Assembly (NCBI GenBank): GCA_026417755.1
Contig: JAOACQ010000104.1
Coordinates: 1 to 55,441 of the forward strand
DNA: 55,441 nucleotides
Source: Brevinematales bacterium
Lineage (GTDB): Bacteria > Spirochaetota > Brevinematia > Brevinematales > JAOACQ01
Reading direction: 5' to 3'
Numbering within the stretch: position 1 is the stretch's first letter; each line of letters opens with the position of its first letter. The notes beneath the pieces are model-generated. The model was not told the DNA's origin and made no database searches. It saw nothing but the letters and a program-made list of their open reading frames with translations. This document shows, piece after piece, positions 40,771 to 50,190 of this stretch. Position numbers and translations under genes: made by a program.

Positions 40771-41547
40771 ATGAAAGTAAAAAAAATTGTATTTTTTTAT
40801 CTGATTATTTTTAATATATTTTATAGCGAGGATATTTATGTTACTGGTATAAATATCAGAAAGGAGCAAGATGGGATAATATTAGAGTGGAAAGCCGAGA
40901 CAAATTGTTATGATTTTATAATTTTCAGAAGTTTTGAGAAACCCATAGATAATCTTGAAAAATTAAAGAAAAGTGAAGTTATTTTTTCAAATAAATTAAC
41001 TGGGGAAGAAAAAGATAATTATTTTCTATTTAAATATAAAGATAGCCTAATTCAAAATCAAAACATATATTATCTGGTATTGCCAGTTAAAAATATAAAC
41101 AAAGAAGATTTTCTTCCAAATATAAACTTTAATTATAAGCCTTATTTTATAAAAAGGGATATTATTAAAATAAAAGATTTATTTGGAAAAAGGTATAGAG
41201 ATAGTATTATTATTCTTTGGGATGTAGAAGGTGGAATTGAAGAAAAAATAAATTTTAAAATATATAAAACCAATCAACCTTTTGATAAAGTAAATATAGA
41301 TTTTATGAAACCTTATGCGGAAAATATAGAAGATTTTTTCTTTGAAGATTTTAATGTAAGATATGGAGAAGAGTATTATTATCTTATACTGCCTGAAAAG
41401 GAAAATATATATACAAAAGAAAATGTAGTTTATTTAAAGGGAGAATTTTTTCCTACAAATGGAATTTTTGTGGAAAAGGAATTGAAAGTAAGAGAAAAAA
41501 TAAAGAAAAGCGAATTTATAAAAAATTTTACCAATCAGGGAAAATAA
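40771..41547 (+). CDS. hypothetical secreted protein (possible Fn3/Ig-like repeats)
   Basis: MKVKKIVFFYLIIFNIFYS signal-like N-terminus from ATG 40771; the track start 40732 adds 13 unlikely residues. Two similar blocks (..IILEWKAE.. and ..IIILWDVE..). Confidence 0.6.
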   Translation: MKVKKIVFFYLIIFNIFYSEDIYVTGINIRKEQDGIILEWKAETNCYDFIIFRSFEKPIDNLEKLKKSEVIFSNKLTGEEKDNYFLFKYKDSLIQNQNIYYLVLPVKNINKEDFLPNINFNYKPYFIKRDIIKIKDLFGKRYRDSIIILWDVEGGIEEKINFKIYKTNQPFDKVNIDFMKPYAENIEDFFFEDFNVRYGEEYYYLILPEKENIYTKENVVYLKGEFFPTNGIFVEKELKVREKIKKSEFIKNFTNQGK

Positions 41548-41548
41548 T

Positions 41549-42610
41549 ATGAGGGAGAAAGGGTCTTTTTTATTTTTAGGGATTAGTCTGGTATTATTTT
41601 TTGTTATAATTTTTGTTTTTATGGAGATTGATCTGGATAGCTTGAAGCTGAAAGAGAAGTTAATAAACTGGGATAAAAAAGAGGAAGCGAGGGAAAATAG
41701 GGAAGAAAGGTTATTAAATAGTATAAAGGTAGCTATAGAATTAAAAAATACAGAAAAAGCAAAAGAACTTATTTACGATTATAGCGTTAATTTTCCTCAA
41801 GGAAGATATTTGTCAGAAGTTAACTTTTTGGCTGCCGAAGCATATTATATGGAAAAAGATTACGAAAAAGCCGTTGATTTTATTGTAAAAGCTGCGAGAG
41901 AAAATACTGATACAAAAATCATACTTCTTATGTCAAAAATAGCCGTTGAAATGGATAGATTTAATCCTATTCTATACAGTGAATTAACTATAGCGGAAAG
42001 AAATATAAAGGCTGATTATATATATATAGGGCTTGGGTATCAGAATATTTACTCAAAAATTTATGATGAAGCTATAAAATGTTTTTTGAGGGTACAGAAT
42101 GAAGAAGGTTTTAAGGGTCTTGCTAGAGCATATATTGAAAAAGGAGATTACGAAAAAGCTATTGAAAATTATTTAAAATTTTTTAGTATTGCGGATAAGA
42201 ATAATTTGAGTTATGAAAGCGTAAAAAAAGCATTTTTGAAACAAACTCTTTACTATGCTGATAAGCTCTATGAAGCAAAAAATCAAAGTTTTACCAATTA
42301 TTATAAAATATTATCTGATAATTTTTCTGAAGAAATAGAAGGTGAGATTTCAATGGTAAAACTTGCAGGATTTTATATAAACAAAAAAGAATATAATGAA
42401 GCTATAAAATATTTGGAAAAGGCTTTAAGTAATAAAATAAACGATAAAGATGAAGAAGCAACCTATTTACTTGCACAGCTATATTATGCAAAAGGAAATA
42501 AAAGCAAATCATATCAAATTTTCAATTCTTTTTTACAAAAATATCCTCTAAGTTCAAGAATATCAGAAATAAAAGAGTGGATTTCATTGCTAAAGAAAGA
42601 AATTTATTAA
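41549..42610 (+). CDS. membrane-anchored TPR-repeat protein
   Basis: N-terminal TM helix, then repeated A..Y...G/K.Y..A TPR-like units. Start abuts the stop of the upstream gene. Confidence 0.65.
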   Translation: MREKGSFLFLGISLVLFFVIIFVFMEIDLDSLKLKEKLINWDKKEEARENREERLLNSIKVAIELKNTEKAKELIYDYSVNFPQGRYLSEVNFLAAEAYYMEKDYEKAVDFIVKAARENTDTKIILLMSKIAVEMDRFNPILYSELTIAERNIKADYIYIGLGYQNIYSKIYDEAIKCFLRVQNEEGFKGLARAYIEKGDYEKAIENYLKFFSIADKNNLSYESVKKAFLKQTLYYADKLYEAKNQSFTNYYKILSDNFSEEIEGEISMVKLAGFYINKKEYNEAIKYLEKALSNKINDKDEEATYLLAQLYYAKGNKSKSYQIFNSFLQKYPLSSRISEIKEWISLLKKEIY

Positions 42611-42675
42611 CTTTTTCATTACTTTTCCGATAGTTTAAAGGACAAGGAAGTTTATTAAAAACCAAGGAGGGTAAA

Positions 42676-43191
42676 ATGGAAACTTCTATTATGAATTATT
42701 TTAAAAAACTTGCAACTATTTTATTTAAGGAAAAAGAAATACTTGAACTTGTTCTTAAAGTTGAAAATGAAAAGTATGATATTTTAAGATTTGTTGATGT
42801 AAAAGGCCTTATGGATTTGAATTCACAGGAAGAAGGTTTTTTAGAATTACTTTCTTCAATAGAAAAAAGAAGAAAGGATATAATTATTTCTATGTGTAAA
42901 GAAAAAGGTATTAATCCAGATCTTTCTCTTAAAGAAATCATTGAACATTTCAGTGGCCAAATCGATGAAGATATAAAAAATGAAATAACAGAATTAAGAG
43001 AGTCAATAAAACAGATTTCTGAAAAATTGAGATCTATTGTAAGAGAGAATGAACAACTAATTAAATCAAATATGGAAATTATAAGTCTTACACTCAATTT
43101 TGCGAATAAACATTCATCCTATGAGACATATAATTTCAGAAATAAAGGTGAAGCCGCATCGAGAGTTCACCTTATAAATAGTCTTGCATAA
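42676..43191 (+). CDS. flgN: FlgN-family flagellar export chaperone-like protein
   Basis: Helical 171-aa protein directly upstream of flgK, where flgN sits. AAGGAGGG SD. FlgN-like heptad pattern, with weak sequence identity expected. Confidence 0.55.
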   Translation: METSIMNYFKKLATILFKEKEILELVLKVENEKYDILRFVDVKGLMDLNSQEEGFLELLSSIEKRRKDIIISMCKEKGINPDLSLKEIIEHFSGQIDEDIKNEITELRESIKQISEKLRSIVRENEQLIKSNMEIISLTLNFANKHSSYETYNFRNKGEAASRVHLINSLA

Positions 43192-43212
43192 AAAATAAAT
43201 AAGGAGTGGAGA

Positions 43213-45114
43213 ATGCTATCTACATTTCATGGTATAGAAACCGGTAAGAAAGGTTTAATGTCAAACAATATGGGAATTCAAACGACTGGACATAACCTTT
43301 CAAATGTAGAAACAGAAGGATACTCAAGACAAAAAGTAAACCTATCAACAACCATTCCACTATATGAACCAAGTGCTAATAGGGTTGAAGTCCCTGGCCA
43401 GATAGGAACCGGTGTGCAGGTCGAGGATATCCAGAGAGTAAGAGATCAAGCTATAGACGACAGAATAAATTTTGAAAAAGGAGGTCTTGGTTACTGGGAA
43501 ACCAAGCAAAAATTTCTTCATCAGTTAGAGACAATTTTTAATGAACCAGATAAACCAAATTTAAGAACAGTTCTTGATGATTTCTGGGAAAGCTGGCAAA
43601 AACTTGCTGCTGATCCAACTGAACAAGCATCAAGACTTGAGCTTATTCAGAGAGCAGAACTTCTTACGAAAACAATGAATCATACTTATAATTCTGTTTA
43701 TGATTTAAGGCAAAATGTTAACCTGCTTATAGAACAGCGTATAGCAGAAATTAATCATATAGCAAGAGAAATTGCGACCTTGAATATTCAAATAGTGAAA
43801 TCTGAAGCTATGGGAGATAAGCCAAATGATCTTTATGATAAGAGAGATTTGTTGGCTGATAGACTCTCAAAAATAGTAGACATAAGAATAGAAAGAAATA
43901 ACAAACACGAACTTATTGTTTATATCGGAACCGAAAACCTTGTGCAAGGTGGAAAGGTTCATGAAGTGAGGGGGATAGGAGATCCAGAGAATGATGGGCT
44001 AACAGCAGTATTGTGGGATGATGGTAGACAGGTTAAATTGGGAGCTGGAGAACTTGCCGGGCTTATGGACGTAAGGGATAATGATTTGAGAAAAGCGTTA
44101 CAAAATTTGAATTCATTAGCAGTCAATATCACTGATTCAACTAATGAAGTGCATAGAGATGGGTTTGGACTTAATCTTACAACCGACAACAATTTTTTTA
44201 AGGAAATACCTCTTTCTCCAGTAGCAAATGGAGATTATGATTTTAGTAATGATGGAATAGTTGATGGTGTGGCTATTTTTAGGGTAAGTGGAACAGAACG
44301 ACTTGATGAACATACAGTTATAGGTAGTAGTGGCTTTTTAAATTTTGGGCCTTCAAGGTTTAATGGGCAGGATGTTATAGTCCAATATCAGGCTACTGAT
44401 AAAGTAAAAGATGTTATTGAAAGAATTAATCAGTCGGAGGCTGGAGTTGTTGCATATCTTAATCATAAAGGGCAACTATCTCTTAAAGCAAAAATTCCAG
44501 AAGATAGAAGATTTCCCCAGTTTGTAATAAGGCATATCGAGGATAGTGGGAACTTTTTAGTTGGTGTAGCCGGTATTCTCAATGAGTCTGGTGCTAATGG
44601 GGCTTTTGATTACAGAACTCCCGGGAATATTACAAAATTTAGTGTCCCAGCAGAAAATGTTGCTTTAACATTCCAGAAAAATCAAGGGGCATGGTTTAGT
44701 CTGGATGATAAGATTAAGGCTAACCCAGATAATATTGCAGCAGCTTCCGGTATAGACTCAAATGGTGATGGAGATATTGACAGAATAAGTGGTCTGGGAG
44801 ATAACAGAAATGCTCTTCAGATTGCAGAATTGAGACATAGAAAAATAATGATAGAAGAAAGATCTTCAGCTTCTGATTTTATTAAGGCTATGATTGGGGA
44901 TTTTGGAACAAGATCTGAAGCTGCGATTGTTAATATGGATAAGAACAAGGCAGTTGTAGACAGCCTTGAAAATTTGCGCAAACAGATAAGCGGTGTTAAT
45001 GTTGATGAAGAGTTATCAAAAATGATAATGTATCAACATGGTTATAATGCTTCTGCAAGACTTGTCTCTGTAATTGATAGAATGATAGAGACTTTGATCA
45101 GAATGGGAGCATAA
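43213..45114 (+). CDS. flgK: flagellar hook-associated protein FlgK (HAP1)
   Basis: N-terminal STFHGIETGKKGL..TGHNLSN rod/hook family motif and C-terminal ...MIMYQHGYNASARL. Confidence 0.93.
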   Translation: MLSTFHGIETGKKGLMSNNMGIQTTGHNLSNVETEGYSRQKVNLSTTIPLYEPSANRVEVPGQIGTGVQVEDIQRVRDQAIDDRINFEKGGLGYWETKQKFLHQLETIFNEPDKPNLRTVLDDFWESWQKLAADPTEQASRLELIQRAELLTKTMNHTYNSVYDLRQNVNLLIEQRIAEINHIAREIATLNIQIVKSEAMGDKPNDLYDKRDLLADRLSKIVDIRIERNNKHELIVYIGTENLVQGGKVHEVRGIGDPENDGLTAVLWDDGRQVKLGAGELAGLMDVRDNDLRKALQNLNSLAVNITDSTNEVHRDGFGLNLTTDNNFFKEIPLSPVANGDYDFSNDGIVDGVAIFRVSGTERLDEHTVIGSSGFLNFGPSRFNGQDVIVQYQATDKVKDVIERINQSEAGVVAYLNHKGQLSLKAKIPEDRRFPQFVIRHIEDSGNFLVGVAGILNESGANGAFDYRTPGNITKFSVPAENVALTFQKNQGAWFSLDDKIKANPDNIAAASGIDSNGDGDIDRISGLGDNRNALQIAELRHRKIMIEERSSASDFIKAMIGDFGTRSEAAIVNMDKNKAVVDSLENLRKQISGVNVDEELSKMIMYQHGYNASARLVSVIDRMIETLIRMGA

Positions 45115-45125
45115 GGAGGCCTTAA

Positions 45126-46376
45126 ATGAACCCGAGAGTTACACAGAGTTTTATTGTTAATGATTTTAATGTGAATCTTAAATCAAGGATGAAAGAATTA
45201 CAAAAAACTCAAAATCAACTTGCTAGTGGATATAGAATTAATCTACCCAGTGATGACCCTGTAGGAACAATCTTATATATGGATTATGAACATAGACTTA
45301 AAGAAGTTCAGACATATCAGAGGATTATTGAAGACGGGAAAGCGAGACTCAATATGATCGATTCTTCTCTTGAAAGTGCGACCACAATAATCCAGAGGTT
45401 AAGGGAGCTTGCAATTCAGGGAGCAAATGGAACTTATACAAAAGAAGATAGAGAAAAAATGGCGGTGGAGGTTGATCAGCTTTTGAGAGAACTTTTAAAT
45501 ATTGCTAATATGTATTATAAAGACACACCTCTTTTTGGTGGAACAACGGTGAGTGATAAGCCTTTTAAAGCACAATATAAGGTAGATGAAAACACTGGTA
45601 TAGAATACCTTGAAAATGTAAGATATATGGGAAATAATCAGGCAAGAATTCTTGAGGTAGATAGAGGCGAAAGGGTTGATGTAACACCTCCCGGCAATCA
45701 GATTTTCTGGGCAGAAAATATGGAAATTTATTCAACGCTTAATGTAAGTGGTTATGTTGCACAAAGGGATTCAAAGATTCTTGTTGATGGTGTGGAAATA
45801 GCTATAAATGCAGGAGATAATCTTGAAGTTATTGCCAATAAAATTAATGATGCAGGGCTTGCAGTTAAAGCAAGTATTCAGACCCAGGAAGGGCAGAGTT
45901 ATTTTGCACTGGAAACAACCTCACCACATCAGATTTCTTTACTTGATCTTGATGGTGGAACTGTTTTACAGGATCTTGGTATTATCGACCATGGTATGTA
46001 TCCACCTAATAATTATTCTCCAGCAGCAAGAGTTTTTACGGGGAGTGTTTTTGATGTTATGATAAATTTTAGAAAGGCGCTTTTAAGTGACAATGTTTTT
46101 CAAATAGGTGGAAGAGCTGTTATTGGGATTGATAATTCTCTTGGTAATTTGCTTAAATATAGAGCTCATATGGGTGCTGTAACAGCAAGACTTGATAATA
46201 TATTCAATAGACTTACAAGTGATAATGTTTATCTTGAAGATGCTAAGCAAAATACTATTGGAACAGATATTGCAAAAGCAATGATGGATCTTAAAGCTCT
46301 TGAATTTTCACATGATGTCGCATTAAATGTTGGGGCTAGAATTTTGCCAAGAACATTATTGGATTTTTTACGATAA
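45126..46376 (+). CDS. flgL: flagellar hook-associated protein FlgL (HAP3)
   Basis: Flagellin-like N-terminus (RVTQS...L...L.K.Q.QLASG.RI..PSDDP) and flagellin-like C-terminal helix. Confidence 0.9.
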   Translation: MNPRVTQSFIVNDFNVNLKSRMKELQKTQNQLASGYRINLPSDDPVGTILYMDYEHRLKEVQTYQRIIEDGKARLNMIDSSLESATTIIQRLRELAIQGANGTYTKEDREKMAVEVDQLLRELLNIANMYYKDTPLFGGTTVSDKPFKAQYKVDENTGIEYLENVRYMGNNQARILEVDRGERVDVTPPGNQIFWAENMEIYSTLNVSGYVAQRDSKILVDGVEIAINAGDNLEVIANKINDAGLAVKASIQTQEGQSYFALETTSPHQISLLDLDGGTVLQDLGIIDHGMYPPNNYSPAARVFTGSVFDVMINFRKALLSDNVFQIGGRAVIGIDNSLGNLLKYRAHMGAVTARLDNIFNRLTSDNVYLEDAKQNTIGTDIAKAMMDLKALEFSHDVALNVGARILPRTLLDFLR

Positions 46377-46438
46377 AAAAAGTGTTAATTTTTTTGAAAT
46401 ATTTTTGATTTGTCATTAAATTATAAATGCCTTAATTT

Positions 46439-46906
46439 TTGGAGGAGGCGGTGGAAACTATAAAAACGAAGGCCTATGGTGAAATACAGGTTGAAAAGGA
46501 TACTGAGATATTTTTTAAACGAGAAATTCTTGGTTTTGAAGGTTTTAAGTATTACTATTTAATTGAGATGGGTGATCTACCGAATTTTTACTGGTTACAA
46601 TCTAAAGAAGAGCCAGAACTTGCATTTATCGTCGTTAATCCTAGATTGTTTAAACCTGACTATGTTTTAAACATAGATGCAACAGATTTGCAACTTTTGG
46701 AACTTGAAGATGGGGAAGAGATAGTAGATTTTGTTATTGTGAATATTCCTGAGGATGTTACAAAAATGACAATGAATTTACTTGGGCCTATAGTTATAAA
46801 TGCAAATAAAAGAATAGGTATACAGGCTATTTCACTTAGTAATGATTATGGGACAAAAGTCCCCATATTTACAAATTTAGAATCAACAGAAAATAAAGGA
46901 GAATAA
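46439..46906 (+). CDS. fliW: flagellar assembly factor FliW
   Basis: ILGFEGFKYYYLIE and FYWLQS...LAFIVVNP motifs. The true start may be GTG 46451, 5 nt after GGAGG. Confidence 0.9.
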   Translation: MEEAVETIKTKAYGEIQVEKDTEIFFKREILGFEGFKYYYLIEMGDLPNFYWLQSKEEPELAFIVVNPRLFKPDYVLNIDATDLQLLELEDGEEIVDFVIVNIPEDVTKMTMNLLGPIVINANKRIGIQAISLSNDYGTKVPIFTNLESTENKGE

Positions 46907-46909
46907 TAA

Positions 46910-47173
46910 GTGCTGGTTTTATCCAGAAAAGAAGAAGAATCTATAATTATAAATGACAACATTGAGATAAAAATTATAGGGGTAAAACAGGATCAGGTAA
47001 AAATTGGAATTATTGCACCAAAAGATGTTAAAATATTTAGGAAAGAAATTTATGATGAGATTCAGAGTGCAAATATTGCTGCTGCCAGTTCTACAGACAA
47101 ACTTGCAGATCTGGCAGAAAATATAAAAGACAAATTGGGTAAAGGGGGAAAGTCTAAAAAAAATGATAAATAA
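46910..47173 (+). CDS. csrA: carbon storage regulator CsrA
   Basis: MLVLSRK..ESI.I.D.I.I.I.......VKIGI.AP..V.I.R.EIY. GTG start. Lys-rich C-terminal extension. Confidence 0.93.
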   Translation: MLVLSRKEEESIIINDNIEIKIIGVKQDQVKIGIIAPKDVKIFRKEIYDEIQSANIAAASSTDKLADLAENIKDKLGKGGKSKKNDK

Positions 47174-47384
47174 AGAAAAAATACATATACTTGAATTGTA
47201 TAATAAAGGACTTGAGCTGTATAGAGCAAAGAAATTTGTTGAAGCCAAAAATTATTTTCAAAAATGTCTTGAAATTTTGCCAGAAGATGGACCTTCCCAG
47301 GTTTATGTTGAGAGGTGCGATTATTTTATTAAAAATCCACCACCGGCAGATTGGGATGGTGTTTTTGTAATGACAACAAAATGA
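47163..47384 (+). CDS. small TPR-like protein (73 aa)
   Basis: ATG overlaps the csrA 3' end. One TPR-like helix pair (YNKGLELYRAKKFVEAKNYFQKCLEILPED), then ..RCDYFIKNPPPADWDGVF. Confidence 0.55.
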   Translation: MINKEKIHILELYNKGLELYRAKKFVEAKNYFQKCLEILPEDGPSQVYVERCDYFIKNPPPADWDGVFVMTTK

Positions 47385-47407
47385 AAAAAATAAATGGAGG
47401 ATGAAAA

Positions 47408-47758
47408 ATGCCACAGAATATCGATCCTTATAAGGATTATCCTACAAAAACCACACTTTCTACTAACACTGTTTTTGATGGGGTAATGAAATTTAAGGAT
47501 TCTTTAAGGATTAATGGGGAGTTCAAGGGAAAGATAGACTCAGAGGGTCTGCTTGTTTTAGGTCCAAACTCAAAATTTATTGGGGATATTATATGTGATG
47601 AAGTTATAGCAGGGGGAGAAATCAGAGGGAATATTACTGCAAGAAAAAGACTAGAGTTATTTGAAACTGCGAAAGTTTTTGGTGATATTAAAACAGCAAA
47701 ATTGAAAATAGCAGATGGAGTTATTTTTGAAGGAAAATGTGATATGACCCTTAAATAG
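47408..47758 (+). CDS. bactofilin family cytoskeletal protein
   Basis: Beta-helical DUF583 pattern with repeated G.I.G.... windings (INGEFKGKIDSEG.., GDIICDEVIAGGEIRGNI.., VFGDIKTAKLKIADGVIFEG). GGAGGA SD. Confidence 0.85.
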   Translation: MPQNIDPYKDYPTKTTLSTNTVFDGVMKFKDSLRINGEFKGKIDSEGLLVLGPNSKFIGDIICDEVIAGGEIRGNITARKRLELFETAKVFGDIKTAKLKIADGVIFEGKCDMTLK

Positions 47759-47809
47759 TAGGGTCTTGATTTAGGAATTTGCCTGCTAGCTTGTTATGAG
47801 GGAGGTTTT

Positions 47810-48148
47810 ATGCTTGAGGTTGAAAAGAAAAAAAATGTTGTAGTGATCAAAGTTTCAGGAAGACTTGAGATAAATCAGGCTCTGGAGCTTGAAGATCTTA
47901 TAAATTCCAATATTTCAAATGGAGCTAAATTTTTTGTTTTTGATCTTGGAAATGTGCATTATCTATCTTCAAGTGGTATAAGAGTTTTTATAGCTACGTT
48001 AAGGCAGCTTAAAGAAATGAAAGGAAGAATGATTCTTTCTAATTTAAGTAACAATGTGATTAAAACGCTTAAGATTGTTGAACTAGATGGGTTATTTGAA
48101 ATTTTTGATAATGTAGATGATGCAATTAAGACTATTGAAACGGAATAA
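47810..48148 (+). CDS. STAS-domain anti-sigma-factor antagonist (SpoIIAA/RsbV-like)
   Basis: 112 aa. VIKVSGRLE... and the conserved phosphorylatable region YLSSSGIRVF. Confidence 0.85.
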   Translation: MLEVEKKKNVVVIKVSGRLEINQALELEDLINSNISNGAKFFVFDLGNVHYLSSSGIRVFIATLRQLKEMKGRMILSNLSNNVIKTLKIVELDGLFEIFDNVDDAIKTIETE

Positions 48149-48151
48149 TTT

Positions 48152-48565
48152 ATGCATGGCTTTCTGCTCGGTTTTATGGGACTTGTGCTTGTAGTTGGAA
48201 GCGGAAGTTTGTGGTTCTTTTTTAATTTTTATAAAAGAAGACAATTTGTAAGAGACCTTCTTTCCTTACCAAAAGAAAGAAGGTTTTTTTGGTATAAACT
48301 GAAAAAATCAGGATATAAAGTAGAAGAAGCAAATAAGATTAAAAAATTTACTTTCTATCTGAATGAGGAAGAAGAAACATCTCTTTTAAAACTTGATTTT
48401 CTTGCCAGAAAAGACGGGAAAAAATGGGGGGGCATTTTTGTTCCAGATATTAAAGATAATAGAGAATTAATAAAACTTTATTTTGTGTATTCTAAAGTTT
48501 TTAAGTTAACTGGATTGATATTTTATAATGAGTATGATAAAAGTTTTGTTAAGGTAGAAGTATGA
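48152..48565 (+). CDS. hypothetical membrane-anchored protein
   Basis: N-terminal TM helix. Tightly packed between the STAS gene and dxr, with a 4-nt overlap with dxr. Confidence 0.55.
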   Translation: MHGFLLGFMGLVLVVGSGSLWFFFNFYKRRQFVRDLLSLPKERRFFWYKLKKSGYKVEEANKIKKFTFYLNEEEETSLLKLDFLARKDGKKWGGIFVPDIKDNRELIKLYFVYSKVFKLTGLIFYNEYDKSFVKVEV

Positions 48566-49689
48566 AAAAAATATTTTTACTTGGTGCTACAGGTTCAATA
48601 GGCACATCAACTCTTGAAGTTATAAGAAAATACCCCAAAGATTTTGAGCTTGTTGGTGTAAGTGCTAATTCAAATATGAAAAAGCTCGAAATGATAATAA
48701 AGGAATTTAAACCAAAGTATGCAGTTCTTACCAGAGAACATTCTTTTAAAGATTGTGATTATTGTAAATTTTTGGTTGGAGAAAAGAGTTATGAGGAAAT
48801 TCTCTTTTCAGAGGATGTAGATATAATTCTTATTGCTATTTCTGGTATAGCAGGGCTTTATCCTACAATTAAAGCCATAGAAAGTGGGAAAAGAGTAGTT
48901 TCTGCAAATAAGGAATCTCTTGTTGCGGCTGGAGATATTGTATTAAAACATCTGGAAAAGTATAACCAAACTATATTTCCTGTGGATAGTGAACATAACG
49001 CTATTTTTAATATTTTTTCAAGAATCGAAAAAAACTTTATTAAAAAGATAATTCTAACTGCTTCAGGTGGGCCTTTTTTAAAAAAAGAAATAACTGAAAG
49101 AACTTCTATAGAGGAAGTTCTTGCTCACCCGACTTGGAATATGGGGAATTATATTACAGTTAATAGTGCTACGATGATGAACAAAGGTTTTGAGGTGATA
49201 GAAGCTCACTATCTTTTTAAGATGGAATATGAGAGGATAGATGTTCTTATTCATCCACAATCACTAGTGCATGGAATTGTTGAAACTATTGATGGGACCC
49301 ATTTCATGGGGGCTTCTCCCAACGATATGAAGTTTCCCATAGCTTTAGCATTATTTTATCCAGCAATCCCAGAACAAAAATTTAAATCAATTAACTTATA
49401 CGAAAAACCGTTAGAATTTTTTAAGGTTGATCAAAGAAAATTTCCACTTCTTGAGTTTTGTTATGAAATGGGAAGGATTGGAGGGCTTGCTCCAACGGTT
49501 TTAAATGCTACAAATGAATATTTTGTTGACAGCTTTCTTAAAGGTAAGATTAAATTTTCTAACCTGCCGTCAAAGATAATTAAGACCACAGAAAAGTTCA
49601 TAAATACAACTAAACCAGAAAGAGGTTATTCACTCGAAGATGTTTTTACCATTGATAGTGAAGTGAGAAAATTTTGCGAAAAATTGTGA
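48562..49689 (+). CDS. dxr: 1-deoxy-D-xylulose 5-phosphate reductoisomerase
   Basis: LGATGSIGTSTL NADPH motif, ANKESLV, DSEHNAIF, HPTWNMG. Confidence 0.95.
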   Translation: MKKIFLLGATGSIGTSTLEVIRKYPKDFELVGVSANSNMKKLEMIIKEFKPKYAVLTREHSFKDCDYCKFLVGEKSYEEILFSEDVDIILIAISGIAGLYPTIKAIESGKRVVSANKESLVAAGDIVLKHLEKYNQTIFPVDSEHNAIFNIFSRIEKNFIKKIILTASGGPFLKKEITERTSIEEVLAHPTWNMGNYITVNSATMMNKGFEVIEAHYLFKMEYERIDVLIHPQSLVHGIVETIDGTHFMGASPNDMKFPIALALFYPAIPEQKFKSINLYEKPLEFFKVDQRKFPLLEFCYEMGRIGGLAPTVLNATNEYFVDSFLKGKIKFSNLPSKIIKTTEKFINTTKPERGYSLEDVFTIDSEVRKFCEKL

Positions 49690-49720
49690 GTATAAAAGAG
49701 TTTTTACTTGATCAGAAAAG

Positions 49721-50173
49721 TCAAGGTTTTTTTGTAATATCTTTTCCAATATAAAGATCTTTAATCTGAATAATTTTTTTGCTATCCGGAGAAAAATATA
49801 CTTCCTTAAGTATTGAAAGATTTGTTTTTCCTTCATTGATTAAAATTGAATAGATAAGTTTTACATTTTCAACCTTGTTAGTCTGAATTTCATTGGTGAC
49901 AATCTCAAATTTATAAGAAAAAAGTTTATAGTTATTTTTTTTAAGAGGAAGATTTGTTTCATTGTTTATGAAATCAGAGCTTGTTAATTCTATTATCTTG
50001 TTAGTATTGTTTAAAGATAAATTTTCGTAGAATTGAGAGAGATTTTTTTCGTATTCAGAAACATTATAACGATTTGATTTCATAAAGAAGAAGATAAGAA
50101 GAGTGATTACAAAAAGGAAAATCAAAATTACGGGTATAAATGTTAATATCTTTTTTAATTTATTGTTTTCCAT
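49721..50173 (-). CDS. hypothetical membrane-anchored protein
   Basis: N-terminal TM helix (ILTFIPVILIFLFVITLLIFFF). No family recognised. Confidence 0.55.
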   Translation of the reverse strand: MENNKLKKILTFIPVILIFLFVITLLIFFFMKSNRYNVSEYEKNLSQFYENLSLNNTNKIIELTSSDFINNETNLPLKKNNYKLFSYKFEIVTNEIQTNKVENVKLIYSILINEGKTNLSILKEVYFSPDSKKIIQIKDLYIGKDITKKP

Positions 50174-50190
50174 AAATAATCCTCCTATGA

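Noticed and set aside
49707-49733. Possible terminator between the convergent dxr and 49721..50173 genes.
   Set aside because: It has only a 5-bp stem (CTTGA/TCAAG) with a 9-nt loop before the T-run, and it overlaps the end of the minus-strand ORF. That is too weak to call.
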